Positions 1-16,900 of a stretch of 64,000 nucleotides of DNA are shown piece by piece. Location: the NCBI RefSeq assembly GCF_001447785.1, contig NW_015159726.1, positions 769,988 to 833,987 on the forward strand. The letters run 5' to 3'. The stretch is from Gekko japonicus. Its lineage: Eukaryota. Below the pieces are notes generated by a model. That model was not told the origin of the DNA. It was given only the letters and a program-made list of their open reading frames with translations, and did no database searches. Numbering within the stretch: position 1 is the stretch's first letter; every line of letters starts with the position of its first letter. A program made the position numbers and the translations under genes.

Positions 1-389
1 GGATATGTGATGTTTCACTTAGCGCAAAGGTGCTAACATGAGCTTCTGTTCATATTTCCACTTGTTCAAGGACCCTGGTGCATATGGAACTCTTCCGGTG
101 AATCCAAGCCTTAGGGACTGGCATCTGCAGGTGCACTACTGAAATGGACTGCAAAATTCGGTAGTTTTACTGAACTCTTTACAAAGATGTGTTCTGGCAG
201 TCTGTCCACTACGCAGCTATAGGCCTTGAGTTCCAGAGGCAGACTGGCACCCACAAACTGTGCCGCCCTCCCACCCAGCTCCTGCTGCATCTGGGTCTGC
301 TGCAGTAAGCAGCAGCACAAGAGGTGCAACTGGCCCCCGTGGGCAGCCATGAGGAGCCTTATCTCTTCCTTCCCTCCATTGGGGCTGAC

Positions 390-1090
390 GTAGAATTACA
401 GAATGTTAGTGCTGGAAGGAACCTTGCAGGTCATCTAGTCCAACCCCCCTGCACTCTGCAGGAGCGTAGCCGAAAGATAGCCCTACAACATACCGGAAAG
501 ATGGTCGTCCAGCCTCCACTTGGAAACGTCCAGCGAAGGAGCATCCACCTCCTCCCAAGGCAGTCTGTTCCACTGCTCAACCACTCTGACAGTTAGGAAG
601 ATTCTCCTGATATTTAGCCGGTATCGACTCCCTTGTAGTTTCCACCCATTAGATCTAGTCTTGCAATCCGGAGCAAGAGAGAATAGATCCCCTCCATCTT
701 CTACATGACAGCCCTTCAAATACTTGAAGACTGCAATCATATCCCCTCTAAGCCTTCTTTCCCAGGCTAAACATCCCCAATTCAGCCTTTCCTCACAAGA
801 CTTGGATTCCAACCCTCTCCCCATCCTGGTTGCCCTCTTCTGGACACGCTCGAGCTTGTCAACATCCTTCCTAAAATGTGGTGCCCAAAACTGGACACAG
901 TACTCCAGGTGAGGCCTGACCAAAGCAGAATAGAGCGGGTCTACCACCTCCCTTGAGGAAATCTCAAAGATTAGAGCCAGAGGCTCTGAAATAACATCTG
1001 CAATTTCTTTTAGCCCCCTGGGATGCAAGCCATCCAGCCCTGGAGATTTGAAAGTGATTAAGGCAGCTAGATGCTCTCTAACCATCTCCT
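390..1090 (-). mobile_element. CR1 LINE fragment (ORF2 with internal deletion plus 3' end)
   Basis: KSPGLDGLHPRGLKE...EPLALIF fused to [19 protein letters not shown]...WNRLP; CR1 3'UTR motif GGTCATCTAGTCCAACCCC. Confidence 0.9.
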
Positions 1091-1673
1091 TACTTACTCT
1101 GGACTGGCAGTTCCTCCTTCCTTCATATGTCCTGCATTCTTCAGTTTGTATACAGCTCGCCTTTCGGTTAAAGACCAACGCAATGTGAGAATTAAGTAAT
1201 AACTGACACAGTGGGTCTGGCCCTCTTCCTCCTTCCCTAGCCCCCTCACCCCTGCACAAGAGGATGAGATGGGCAGGTCATGGATTTCTGCCCTGCTTTG
1301 ACCTAGTGTGGGAGAGGTGAGGAGGGCAGCAACGTCTGTGTGGTGCCTCCACGGGGGGCGGGCAAGGAAGGCAAGCACTACTGCAGGGCAGATGGGAAAG
1401 TAAGGAAACGCAGTGGCTTCTCAATGTGCTTTGGTGCAGAAGGTGGAGGATGAGTGGTTGCCTATGGTGCCAAAAGTGCTTGGGCTGGCAAGGTGTTCTG
1501 GATTTCTGTGCCTCTTAGGCACACAAAGGCCTAGTTCAGACTAAGACCGCTACACACAGGGAAAGGGTGTTTAAACCTTCTTCTGCAGCTGTGGCTCAGT
1601 GGAAGAGCTTCTGGGGCATTTTTTTTAACCTTGATACATAACATTTTCTAGGGCAAAAAACTGCTCTAACTGT

Positions 1674-1975
1674 AAGGTAAAGGTTTCCCTTGCTCGAAAG
1701 CCAGTTGAATCCTACTCTAGGGGGCAATGCTCATCTCCGTTTCCAAGCCAAAGAGCGAGTGCTGTCCGAAGACGTTTCCGTGGTCATGTGGCCAGCATGA
1801 CTAAATGCCAAGGCCCACAGAACACTGTTACCTTCCCACTAAAGCGGTACCTATTTATCAAATTGCAATTTCTTGCTTTCGAACTGCTAGGTTGGCAGGA
1901 GCTGGGGCCAGAGATGGGAGCTCACTCCGTCACATGGCACTTGGGTCTCAAAACTGCTGAGCTACAGACCTTCCA
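1674..1975 (-). mobile_element. Sauria SINE
   Basis: AAGGTAAAGGT tail (ACCTTT on -); body CTCATCTCCGTT...GTCATGTGGCCAGCATGAC...GTACCTATTTATC. Confidence 0.8.
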
Positions 1976-3327
1976 GTCTCCAACTGTACCCAACCACAAA
2001 GTTTAAAAAATCTAGTCCAAATGCAAAAATCAGCTGATTTGGCTGGTATTATTTTATATTCCAGGTGCTTTTTGTTTACGGGGGGGGGGGGGGGATGTAG
2101 TACTAAGAGGAAAGTGATATTCCTATAAGAGGAAAGTTACTTTGGGGATATTGTTTACTAATGTGCAGGAGTGACAGGTCCAAACAGAAGAAAGTTGTAG
2201 AGCTACTGCTTTATGCATTCTGAAGGGGGGGGAAAGGTAACTGGGGAGGAATTTCACCCCCGTAGGTTGCTAAACGAGTATTTTACCTGTATAATTGGGT
2301 TATAGGAATCTCCACTAATGCCCATAGTGTATTTACTTTTTCCCCTTTGAAGAAAAGTATATCGATGGTATATCATATATAATTAACAAAGGGATTTAGT
2401 AAGTTTTTCTTAAGTGTGAATGCTACAATTATGTAAATATATTGAGAAAGAAATCTTGAATGTAGGTGTAGGCTGCACATTAAACAAAAGCCCAGAGATC
2501 TCTTCTGTCTTGATTATTAACTGTGAACTGCATGTGAAAATATTATGGGATTAAAAACAACAATAATAGCACTTATACATTTTATTCATCAAAGATATTT
2601 ATAGCCCAGTCCTCCACCAAAGAACTTTTGCAATAATCAAACGGGGCAATTGCTGCTGATTCCTGTTTTGTGTTCTGCACATGCAAACCAAGGAGGGGCC
2701 AAAACTCACTGGTCAAGGGTCAGGTCATAGGTAATACGAAAGGCCCTGGAAAGGCCTATGACCCTGGAAAGCCACTACCAGTCTGAGTAGACTGTATTGA
2801 CCTTGATGGACCAATGGTTTGAATAAGTACAAGGCAGTTTCATGTGTTCAACAGGTCCCATTCTGCTGTTTTTCCAACAAGCCCCCCCCCCAATCTTAGG
2901 AGCAGCTTTTGGGTGATGCCTAGGAGTCTGTTGCCTCCTGGCACTGAGTAGAACCCCTTCTACTCATAATTCCTAGGAGTCAAGCCACTGTGTGCTCCCC
3001 TCTAGAATACTGGGTTTCTAAATGCCTATCCTACACTTCATCAAGGATATCAAAGAACTGAAGGAGGTAGGCCATTTTTTCAATTGATATAGTGTCATGC
3101 TGACATTCTTATTTCTCACAACGGTGAAAATACGAATGAATAAAACTAAGAAAATCTGAATCATCAATCCTGAGACTGATTTTCTTTATGACAGATTGAA
3201 ACTGTATTTTGTATGTACTTCAAATAGGCACTATTCATTGCATTTACAAGTTGTTTGACTGTTGATACTTTGGGGTCTGATGTTCACGCTTGTTTTTTGA
3301 TTCTGTCTGCAACAGGGAGGGAAGGCG

Positions 3328-3512
3328 GCATAGTGTAGCCCGAACTCTGTGGGTCTTGGTAGCTAAGGAGGGTCAGTACTTGGCTAGGAGACCACCAAGG
3401 GAGGGGCTTTGCAGAGGAAAACAATGGCAAACAACCTCTGCTTCTCACTTGCCTTGAAAGTCTCTCGCCGAGGCTACCATAAGTCAGTTGCAAGTTGACG
3501 GCACTTATGTAC
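3328..3512 (+). mobile_element. 5S rRNA-derived SINE, degenerate
   Basis: AGCTAAG..GGGTC..AGTACTTGG..GAGACCACC head plus AATGGCAAAC..CCTCTG..TTGCCTTGAAA body. Confidence 0.65.
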
Positions 3513-4370
3513 ATAACAGATGTCCAACTGGTTCTCAGGGCAGTTTACAGAAATAATCAGATCCAGATTACAAAATCAACAACAGGGAAGGGCATTCCAC
3601 ATTTAGGGTGTCAACACTAGAAGGCCCTGCTCTGGGTGTCCCCTGACCTGTTCCACTTCAGAAAACGAAGGAATATAAAGCAGTCTCCACTGAACTTCGT
3701 GAGTGTCCCAAGCACTTCAGGTGTATATACTCAGTAATCATTACAACCACCCTGTAAGATTAGCCAGTATTATTATCCCCATAATGCAGACAGGGAGAGC
3801 AAAAGCTGAGGCTGGGAAGCAACAGCTTGCTTAAGGACACCTACACAAGTTTATGGCTGAGGTGAGACCTGAGACTTACCTGTTTGGTTGTCATACTCTA
3901 CCTCCACACCATGATGATGATGATAATCTGCCTGGCTGATTTCCGTACCTCTGTGGTGAAGGTTTTCAGTGAATGACAGGCAAGATACAGCATTAGTGGA
4001 TCCTGAGCTATAATGGTTGTGTTCTGGAGATTGGGTGGAATCCTATGAACTGTGACCAGAGGGAGTTCATTGAATGAATCCCCCTCCCTGCAGCTTTTTG
4101 ATATGACTCTTGAGAGTTGGGGAAGCCTCAGGAAAGGAGTGAGAGGCAAAGGGAGGGGCTGCACCAAGGAGGTAGAGCTTGCAGAAGCCTTCCCTTGCCC
4201 CCACCCACACTTCTTCTTTTGCATGAACTCTTGTTCTTTTGAAAGAAAAGCCCACACAATTTGAGAGGGTGTATGCTTTTCTGCCCCCATCTCTTACAGG
4301 AGCCTGCAAGGAGAAGGGGGGGAGAGCCATCCTGTCCATTTCTTCCAATCCAGGCCCACAGGATCCAATC

Positions 4371-4903
4371 CAGGCCAATAGCTACTGCAGGGCCCACAGG
4401 GCCTGGCCACGTAGTGGTTTTTATGGGCTTCCCTCCCTGAGCCTTGGCTCCCCCTCCCCCCGGATTGCCTGTCGGCGGGAGGATGAGAGCGGCACAAGCA
4501 GCAACAGAGGCGGCAAGGCTGGGCTGAGAGATGCTTGCCACCTAGCCCACCAGCAGCAGGTAAGCCCAGCCAGGCAAAGCAAGGAGGCAAGCGGGCACAT
4601 TATCCAGCCTTGGCCAGGCGCGCCCGGCTGTGCTTCTGTGTGCCAATGCACCCACACACCGCCCCTTTGTGGCCAGGCCAGCCACCACACGCCTCGCCTC
4701 CACCGGAAGGGAGCTGAGGGGGGAGATCAGGCTGCCCCTGGTGTGCCAACGCGGGAAGGGGCACTGGGGCTCCTCTGGGAGGGAGGGAGCCAGATGCTGT
4801 ATGCACCAGCCCTTGCTGGGGGGGAGGGAGGCTGCCCCCCGATTTAATTAGCTGGCGGCTCCCCCAAGGCCCCCTCACAAAAACGTCCCTAGCTACAGGA
4901 CTG
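4371..4903. mobile_element. GC-rich non-autonomous hAT-type DNA transposon
   Basis: Perfect 8-bp TSD ATCCAATC (4363-4370 / 4904-4911); imperfect TIR CAGGCCAATAGCTA / TAGCTACAGGACTG. Confidence 0.75.
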
Positions 4904-7900
4904 ATCCAATCCATCATTATTTTTGGACCTAGGTTCTGTGTATCAGTTTTAAGGGAGAATGATATGTTGCTGTATGCACCGGGCTATAGTTCACAATGAC
5001 CCCAAGGGGCTTAGGATCAGGTCCTACGACCTAAGGACCTTGCAGAGGACTTGCTCAGTGTCCTACAGCCGTATGACTGACCCGTTGCACAACTCCCTCT
5101 GCTCCTCCCAAACTACCATATAGAGAACAAGTCCTCTCCCACGCACATCCATTTCACAAGGAGGCTCTCTCCCCACTCACTCCCTTCTTAGCCACTCCAC
5201 CCCAGGGCGAGATTAACCATCAAGCTGGGAAAGCAAGACAAGGCTGTACAAATGGCATTTGTTGAGCAATATCCATATAGTTGAATTGAAATGGATTTCA
5301 AAATAGCTTCTGTACTGGCAATGACCACCTCCACCACCTCCTTCAGCCACATGGTGAGTATCAAGGGATGCAGAGGAAGGGAGGATACAACCGCAGGCAA
5401 AACAAAAACAACATCTAGGTCTGGCAGGCCAGAAAGAAGGGAACAAGGGTTTAAATTAAAACTGGTTAGGCTATCTAAGGTAGGAGAACTGCCAAGTTAT
5501 CATCTTTTTTATAGACAGAAGCTTTCTACCTTTTAAAAGCAGGACATCTGGTTGAAACAAAGGGTGCAGGGTTTTTTCCAATGCAGGTACGGCTTTGTTG
5601 GGAAATCTGTCTGTTGTGCAATTGTTAGGAAGAGGAGAGAAACAACAGTGGGGTTTGGTCAGGTAAGAGTCACTAAAAAAGTAAATGTCGAAGAAGGAAA
5701 GGAAGACAGCCTAATAGCCAGAGGAGAAAGCTATCACACGGATGATCCAAACAGTCCTCCAACTTTTTTTTTTTTAGTGTGATAAAAGCAAGCACTCTGG
5801 AAGGCAATAAATCACATGATAATAAATGTTGCTATCCAGTTAAGAAAGCCTGCTTCTTTTATTCCAGCATCATCTTAAAAGTGTCTACTGCATTTCAGCT
5901 GAGCTGAGCATGGTCCAAAACAATGCTGAGCTGCCCAATGACCTCTTCATAAGCCTGTCAGAAAAGAAATATGTCACCTACTTACCGTCACCCTACGGGT
6001 AAGCTAATCTTCAGGTTGCTCAGAGGTAAAATATCTCTTAACAAAGAAACAATTTACCAAAATTTCTGCAGCACCCCAAACTGAAAGGGTGGGTAACTGA
6101 GAAAGAATCTACAGAGCATTCTTAGAGATTATCATACCCGGTGTCCAATGTCTCCAATAGTGTGTATGGATGAATACACCACTGGGAGTTTCTGAAATAA
6201 TTTTTCTAAACAAAACCAGGTACCAGTAGGTATGGATAGTAATACATAGATACCTTCCTCTGATCCATTCTTCATCTTCATAAAGTTCTGTGGAAATAAA
6301 TAGGATACTTCTACATCAGCACCCCAAAGCTTGCTGGAACAGGACATCTGATGCAAACCCAGAAACTCCCTCTTCTAATGAGAAGTTCTCTGTTTACTTC
6401 AGTAGAGAGGAAACTCCAAAGACCTAAAGCAAATTAAGATTTATACCTCCGCTCAAGTGAACCAGGACACACAATCCTGATTGTGTATCACAGTGTGCAT
6501 AAACATTCAACAGAGTCAATGTACTTTAAAAAGACGGGTTGTTAAGAGCAAGAGTCTACAATGTTCGAGTCACACATTTAGTCTCGCAAGAGATTATGAG
6601 TGTCCAAAAAGTCAAGATAGTTGAGGTCTCTAGGAGACCCTGGGTCATTCACACACACACTCAGTTTAACTTACCTCGCAGGATTGCTGTGAGGACAAAA
6701 TGGAGATGGTGGAAGCTGCTTTGGGTCCGCATTAGGGGCAGAGGTTGCAAGTAAGTACAATTAGATGCTAAATGATGTTGGAGATGATAGCGACTGCCCA
6801 GCTGTTACCAAATTATTCAGCAAGATAAAATCCCACACAGCATGTGAAAAATCTTCAAAAGACATTGAGGGGCAATCAGTATAGCGGCTAGAGTATTAGG
6901 TCAGGATGGGCAAGATTTAGGCTCAAACTTTCATTCAGCCATGAATCTCAGTGGAAGACCTTGGGCCTGTCTCTCACAGCCAGAATTGTTCTAAAGATAG
7001 AACGGGGAGAGTTGTGTAGCCTGAGCTCCTTAGAGGAAGGACAAGTGCAAGATATAAATGTAATAGGCTGCTGAACTGGGAAGTATCTTTTCAACTAGCA
7101 ACAGAGCAACAATAATTTATGGTATTACATATTTAATGTCTGCAGAATTTACATTAACTCTCAAGTGTAAATAAATCTACGTACCAAATAATGGAGATAG
7201 GAAATTTTGTCCTAACCTTTTGAGTTGCACAATCGTGAAGTAAAACCCAAGTGTCCACCCTGGAAACGCCTCAAGGTCTTAGGAGAAAGCACACTAAGAA
7301 TGTTGTATCAGTGTGCTGCAGGAATAAAGAGGGAGAAAGGAAAATAACATGCTTACAACTAGGAACTAGAACTATAGAATATCACAATTCCATTGCATTA
7401 GATATGAGGCTGGAGCCTATGAAGCAAGCACATGAGGCGTTCACACCAGCTCTTCCCCCTCAGCACCCTGGAAAGCTGATTCTGTGGATCAGGGGACCCT
7501 CAGGAACACAGCAGTGTGCTGTACAGAGGGAGAGAGTGTGTGTAAGCTTTCCCACAAGCATTAAGCTTCAACCGTATCCCATGACACATCCCAGTCTTGG
7601 TGCCAGCAGCCCTCAAGCCTCAAGAACAGCTTTTCAGAGGGAGGTAGGAGGCTACTGGGGGAAGAAGGCAAGGTATGCCCCATGACCTAAAGGAGCCAAG
7701 CAACAGCACACTGACCACAAAATATTGTACACTTATTAGTTCATCAATTCAGCAAAGCATGTTAAAGAATTTATATTTTGTTTTTTGAAGTATGTACCAT
7801 CACACCAGCATCCTTACTTCTCACAGCTGTGAAAATACAAATGACTGGAGAAAATCAATCATAAACCTAAGAACTTAAAACATTTTTCGTGCTTGGTAAC

Positions 7901-8664
7901 AGGCTACATTGCCATTATATTGTTGAAATTTATACCAGAATTGTGTATTATCAGGCTATTTAAATTTTAAAGTAGATGGGAAACAAGAATAGGTTTTCTT
8001 GGCCTGGCAGTGGACAGAATAGAGATTTACATATTGGTTTTAAAGATAATACCAGGCCTGATGTAAAAACAAAGCCAGTCATCTTACCTGGACAGAGATT
8101 TAAGATACCTTTTAAACAACTAATCTCTGTGGCCGCATTTTCCTTTTTAGCAGAAATGTTAGAAGATTTGATGTATGCCTTTCCCCAACTGTAACAGACA
8201 CAATCTTACACATCAGAATGGGGGAGGGGGGAATGCAGTCCATTTCACGGGTTGAACTTGTCACAACAAGCACTATGTATCAGTAAGAGTAGAATTACCA
8301 CACACTCATTGAAAGGACAGGGAACTATGGTAGGGAAATGTCATCATTCTGTGATGTTACAGGTTGCAATAAGCACTGAATGATTACCAGAATGTGTGCA
8401 AAGAATGGAAACCCCATCAGCACATCCTCCATTTGTAGCAAATCAGTGCGGGTTACTTAACATACCCATTTCCTATTTTTTACTCCCCATCTCCCCCACA
8501 AGCCAAGCTCTGCAGAACCAAAACTGCATCAAGAAGTCACCACAATACAGTGTGTCAATAAGCTGCCCACCTAGTAGTAATTTTCTGATTAGGAGGAGTT
8601 AGTGTCTTGAGCAATGGAGCACATTAGTTTTCATCCAAATGCATACCCCCATCTCTTTTTTTTT

Positions 8665-8806
8665 TTGCCAAGTAAGTCTCAACTGATTTATGGTGACCCC
8701 CATAGGATTTTCAAGGCAAGACACATTTGGAGGTGGTTTGCCATTGCCTGCCTCCATGTCACAACCCTGGTATTCCTTGATCTCCCATCCAAATACTAAC
8801 CAGGGC
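8665..8806 (-). mobile_element. 5S-derived SINE fragment
   Basis: TTTCAAGGCAAGA...GTTTGCCATTGCC...CTCCCATCCAAATACTAACCAGGGC. Confidence 0.65.
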
Positions 8807-9288
8807 CCTGTTAATGAAAGAAAACATGAAATACTTATATTTTTTTCTCACGGTTGATGGCAACAGCAGGTCTGTTCCATTACAGAACAGCTATGGAAGA
8901 GTAGCATAATTTAATAAGCATTTTGATTCCAGCTTAACTGGTTTGCTTATCAGGTACTAACTTTAGTTGCCTGGTACCTGTGTATAGTTGTTCTAAAGAA
9001 CCAGCTGCACAGACAGCAGTATAATAGAGCCAGAGAAGGGCCTGGGTGATTAGAGTTGTACTCTGTTCCTTTGAGGAGTTCAGTACCTTAAACTGTGGGG
9101 ACTACAGTTTCACATACAAGCAATGATGAGAGCCAGATGTTTACCATATTCTTTTAAAGTATTCCCTAGATGTAAGACAGGTCAGAACTAGCATTCTTCT
9201 GCTGAATATGAACAACAGGACTGACAACAATCCACTATTTTGTCTTAATGAGTGTACCAGAGAAGTTTTTTCTTAAATCAGGCATATG

Positions 9289-9491
9289 CAGTGTTCCTTC
9301 TAAGCTGTGTTAGTGTGAACAAGCTCAGTTTTTTAGCCTACAGCTCACACATTTTTGTCTCATTCAGAAAGGATGGCTCCAGAGCAAACAAATTTATGCA
9401 GCAGCCAAATAGCTCACTCACAACTTTAATGCCAGTAGCACACAAAGTAGAATTTTTGCCCACAAGACTCCACAGTTTAGAGGGAGCATTG
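9289..9491. mobile_element. hAT MITE (~200 bp), same family as 28687-28890
   Basis: TIR CAGTGTTCCTTCTAA / TTAGAGGGAGCATTG; TSD GGCATATG / GGCGTATG. Confidence 0.85.
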
Positions 9492-9713
9492 GGCGTATGT
9501 ACTTATTTACAAGCTTGAAATACTGGCTGTGCATCCATCTGTAAGACCAATTTTGGAGAACCACGTCTATTGTTAATGAATCAGTCTTGAAGATATTTCT
9601 GCTCACCAATATTCTCCTATGATTCTAAAGAAGGTAGCTAGAAAAGACAACCTTACTTGAAAAGTATTTTGATTTAAATCACTTACGAAACTTCAAACAG
9701 ATTTTTAAAGTAA

Positions 9714-9719
9714 TTTATT
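9714..9719 (-). terminator. Candidate distal polyadenylation signal of SERP1 (proximal candidate at 10847-10852)
   Basis: TTTATT on + strand (AATAAA on -) downstream of the SERP1 stop, in AT-rich UTR-like sequence. Confidence 0.45.
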
Positions 9720-11060
9720 GGAAATAGTTCTTCAATTACAAACAAGCTTTCTCATTTACAGAATGCGCTGACAGCAAAGGGTAAGAAATATAGCCTCCCA
9801 GTCACTTGCCTATGACAAACATAACCCTGCAGGATCACAGAATTGCTTGCCTTTTTAACCTTTCACTCAGCCCTTTGAATTGTGTATTTCCGTGGTCCGG
9901 TTAGCTGCTTAAAAAGGCATTCTCTGAGAGAGTACCTGACTTCATCTTTACCTTGTTATGCTTTGCAACAAGGAGATGTTCTTAGTGTGGCAAAGACATA
10001 TCAATTTTATGTCTGCTACCCTGTGAAAACGCAACTCATTTAGTCTTTTACACTGTTCTGCTGACTTCTATGAAATTCACATGCTGTACAGGCTAAAGAA
10101 ATAAGCTTGAGTCACAGCAATATAAAAATGTGGATATAGCAGTATGTTTTTAACCTGCTAACTTGTTCAGCTGAACTGTGGTACACCAGGCTGCATGCAT
10201 GTTAATGCTGTCTGGACTACTATGAATTATAGTATTATGGCACAAGTCACCATGTGATATTTTGCACTCACACCCCACCTTTGTTCAAATTGTTCCTGAA
10301 GGTTCCAACCACCCCAACCAAGGAATGACGATGTAAGAAACATCAACAGTGAAATACAATATACAACAGCTAAACATTGTGAAACGTCAGTCTCAAATGC
10401 ATCAGAAAAGTTTGCTCCTTTGTGTAATCTATGGTCAATTAAAAGCATTGCTTTTACACTAAACTGCTTCAATAACCAATGTCCCAAGAAGCATAGGATA
10501 AGGTCTTCCACTAGTAACCATTTGAAAGTTGAGATGCCACATGCTAGAGTAAAACTAAGCTACACATACATAAGATGTTCTTTTCAGATAAGCAATAACA
10601 CAGCACACATCCGTTAACCAAGCTGCATGAGTGCGCTTTGAACTAGTCATACAATCACTATCGATAAGCTTAACTTTTCCATTTTAAATAAAACCACTTC
10701 CATCTATACAGAAGATTAACAAAGATCAGTGTTTACATATGATGCAGTTACTAAGTATCTACACTGCCTATGCTTTCATATTAACATAAAGCATGAGTTT
10801 GATTCACAGAATAAGTAGGTCCACGATTGTAAGTTAACAATAACTCTTTATTGCTTTATACATGTGACGCTTTTTCAAGGCACTGTGGCATGGACTAGAA
10901 AACCTGGAATGACTTGTGAAGGAACCTGGAATGACATATGGTCAATATGGAAAGTTCTTCATAAGCAAGACGACAGCAAATTTAAATTCCAAGTTATCAA
11001 ACATCAGGAATGAGAGTTCATAGTTCACAGGAGAAAAGTCTTGTTTAAAGATCAGCTTCT

Positions 11061-13715
<2,655 letters not shown>

Positions 13716-13898
13716 CTAGGGAAGCTGTTCCGCCTCCTCTCCCCCGACCCCTCCCTTAAGCTTCTACACGTCATGCGGAGAGAAGCTTCCGCTTTTGAGC
13801 TGGCTGCGGAGGACGAGGAGACGTGTACGATTTATAGTCGTAGTCAGTGACCTACCTTCCCGTAACCCGGAAGGAGAGAGGTCGGGGTCCGGCTCAAG

Positions 13899-13926
13899 AT
13901 GGCGCCTCCCACTCCACTGCTGGCAG
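13899..13926 (+). CDS. EIF2A: EIF2A exon 1
   Basis: ATG GCG CCT CCC...GCA G|gtgggt; MAPPTPLLA. Confidence 0.9.
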
Positions 13927-16900
13927 GTGGGTTTGCTGTAATCGATAAGGGGCTCTCCCCCCGGTGGGACCAATAGAGCGAGGTCCTTGTGAGGTCACGG
14001 TTGCCGCGCGGCGGAGTCCTTTGGAGCTCTTGCGTTGCGTCATGCGCAGCACGATCCTAAACTCAGAAATAAGCCTACTGTCTTGGGTTCAATGGAGATC
14101 ATTTTCTATTAAGTACACACACACGGGATTGCAACCGTTAGGCGTGTTTACTCCAGAAATAAGTGATGTGGAATCTAGTGCAAGTGAGCCGGTGGCCCTG
14201 CTCATATCAGTTTGGGAGAACGTCCCGTTCGTACAGCTTTTCTAAGCCTGGATCGGTCTTCTGTAGGGTTTGGGTGGTGTATAAAAAATTGTACGCATGA
14301 CCCAGATCATCAAACTGTGATGTTCTTTATCCAACGGAGAGTGCATGAATGCTTCAGAGGGACTGTGTTGCATACAGTTGTGTAAAAGGGGTGTTGTTTT
14401 GGTGAAATTCTTTGTGGAGACTTAGCCACAGAAAAGTTGTGCATTCTTAAATGCCTCCTTTTACGTAATTGTTAAAGATGATTTTTTATCAGGTGTGTTA
14501 CAGCAATAGAGTCGGTAGCATGCTGTCTGAAAAGACTGTATTTTACTTGACAAAATACAAAGCTGTGGTGACTGTGGAGCTGCTCTGATTTCTTCTGTTC
14601 TCTTCTCCCACCTGCTCTTGCAACTTGGACATCTCTGGACTTGCCACTGAGAGGGTTTCTATAAGACAGGCATTGCTTGGAGTTCTACCAGTTATGCAGT
14701 TCTTGTTTTGTAGAGTTATGATCCACATGTATCTAGGATTCGTGTCAGAGGTTTGTCCCTTAAACTGAGTTGAAAATATTGTGATCACTTAAAAAATAAC
14801 AGTACATTAGAGTTGTAAATGCCAAAATTATTTGTTGAGGATATTTTAATTTTGAACACCTGTAGTGTCATTAATGTGTTTCCTACTTGCTTCATTCAGT
14901 GTTCTGCTTGCCAATTTTGTGGACTGCTTGGGTCCTAATGGCATTGGTGATGAACTTTTTTTAAGCAGTGTTAATGTAGAGTAAAGATGATTGCCAGTCA
15001 CAGTTTTCGTTCTGCTACACATAACACTAAACATATTATAATGTAAGAGTATTGTAGGACAGTACAAATCTGAACTTTTGCATAGGTGATTAAACTGGTT
15101 AGAGGTAGAGATGTGAAGTCCCGGAAAAATTCGGGAAAAACCTGTTTTTTGTCTGTTTTTTCCCTGAAGCCTTTTTTGTTTTTTCCAAAAAACTGAAAAA
15201 ATTGAAAAAAGAAAAGGAAAAAAATTGATTATGGAACATTTTATTTTAACATGATTAATAAAATATTTTAAGACAAGGAGTTCAAATATTTTCCAAATCA
15301 TTTCTAAAAAATATGTATGGTCTAATTTCTGTGCACTGAGGACAAGCAAGTCCTAGGTTACAAACTGAACTCTCTAATGCAAGAACAAGATGCATTTCTT
15401 CCTTTAAGAGGTGCTATTGTCACAAGTAAAGAAAAAGGTTTCAGCTTTGTTTTTGCATGTGGGTGGGTATTCTGTTTGTAATAATTGTTTGGATACACTA
15501 TATTTTTAATATGCTAGTTGTGATAATTTCATGCCAAATAAAAATGTCCATAGTCATATTTTATGTTCCTAAAGTAACAGAATGACTTTCAATCTGGAAA
15601 AGAAAAAAGAAGTGCTAATGTGGAATTTTTTCCAATTTTTCCAAAACTTTCCATTTTTTTCCGGAAAATTTCTGGAAATTTCACATCTCTAGTTAGAGCT
15701 TGCTAAGAGGCACTTGAGGTGGAGTTTGAATCGTATACTGTACCTTGTGCAAACTGGTCTGTATTTCAGGCTGCCTTTTTAGTGTCACTGTGTAAATGAT
15801 ACCTTGGTGTTGGGTATATTCATCTGAGCCCTCTGTGCTTTGCCAGCAAGGTCTGTCCTTTTGTTGGTAACTTGCTAAGTGGAAATTGCTAAGGAGTGTG
15901 GGAGAATTATTTCTCCAAGACCTTTTCTTGAGGTGAAGTGGTTTATGGCACTGCTTTGAGATAAAGTGACAAATGTGGGAGATATCTAAAAATGGTACAT
16001 CTTTTTCTTCTCCCTGCCTCTGCAGTATGACAGTTCTGAGCAAAACCGAGTAAATCTGAGACTGGCATGAGAATTTGAAATTGAAAATTTGGCAGAACTA
16101 TGGTTCAGCCGTTTTTCCATAGCTGTAGAAAGGGAGTAGTTTGTTAGGATACCATGACCACTGAATTTGTTTCATTGATGTGGGATGAACGTTGTGTGTT
16201 AATTCACGGATTAGAATTGTGTAAGTATTTATAACATTGTGGTAGGAATTAGGGAGTTTTCATGCAAGAATTAGTGATAATGTAAGATGACCATTTTAAT
16301 GCTATTGTTTTTCCTCTCTTTTCAGTGACGTATAAACTAATGTTATTCACACAGCACACTCTGAAAAAGCTGTTATGTGAAACGGTATTATATGTTTTTT
16401 CCCATAGCTGGCAGCAGTGCAGCTGCACCATTTAAGTTTCTTGATCTGTCTGCTCCAGTAGTCATGGATTTCAGCAAACTTGGAAGGGTGTAATTCCATT
16501 TAGGATGATGCTGTTGGTTGCCACCTTATCCAAGTCAGTTCCTTGCCAGTGTTAAGGGATCAAAACCAGTATATTTGATGACAACCATAGATTCAAATTT
16601 GATTACTCAGTTCTCAGGCCACAAACATTCCTTTAATGTGAAAATCAGTATAAATTCCACTGTATATCAAAAGCAATCAATGCTGTTTTCCCTACTAGTG
16701 CGAGGATCTGAAGGACTCTATATGGTGAACGGGCCTCCTCATTTTACAGAGAATACAACATTTCAAAGGTATGTTGTTTTTCAGTTCCATTCAGTATTGT
16801 AGCTTGTGGATTATAAGGAGTAAAAATATCACAGAAGTGTGTGTTTGTCGTTATGCTGTAAATTAGAACTTTTATTCTGTGAACAAAGAAGCATGTTTCT

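Noticed and set aside
4052-4917. Cluster of overlapping ORFs up to 202 aa
   Set aside because: Explained by a GC-rich transposon bounded by TSDs; no recognisable protein.
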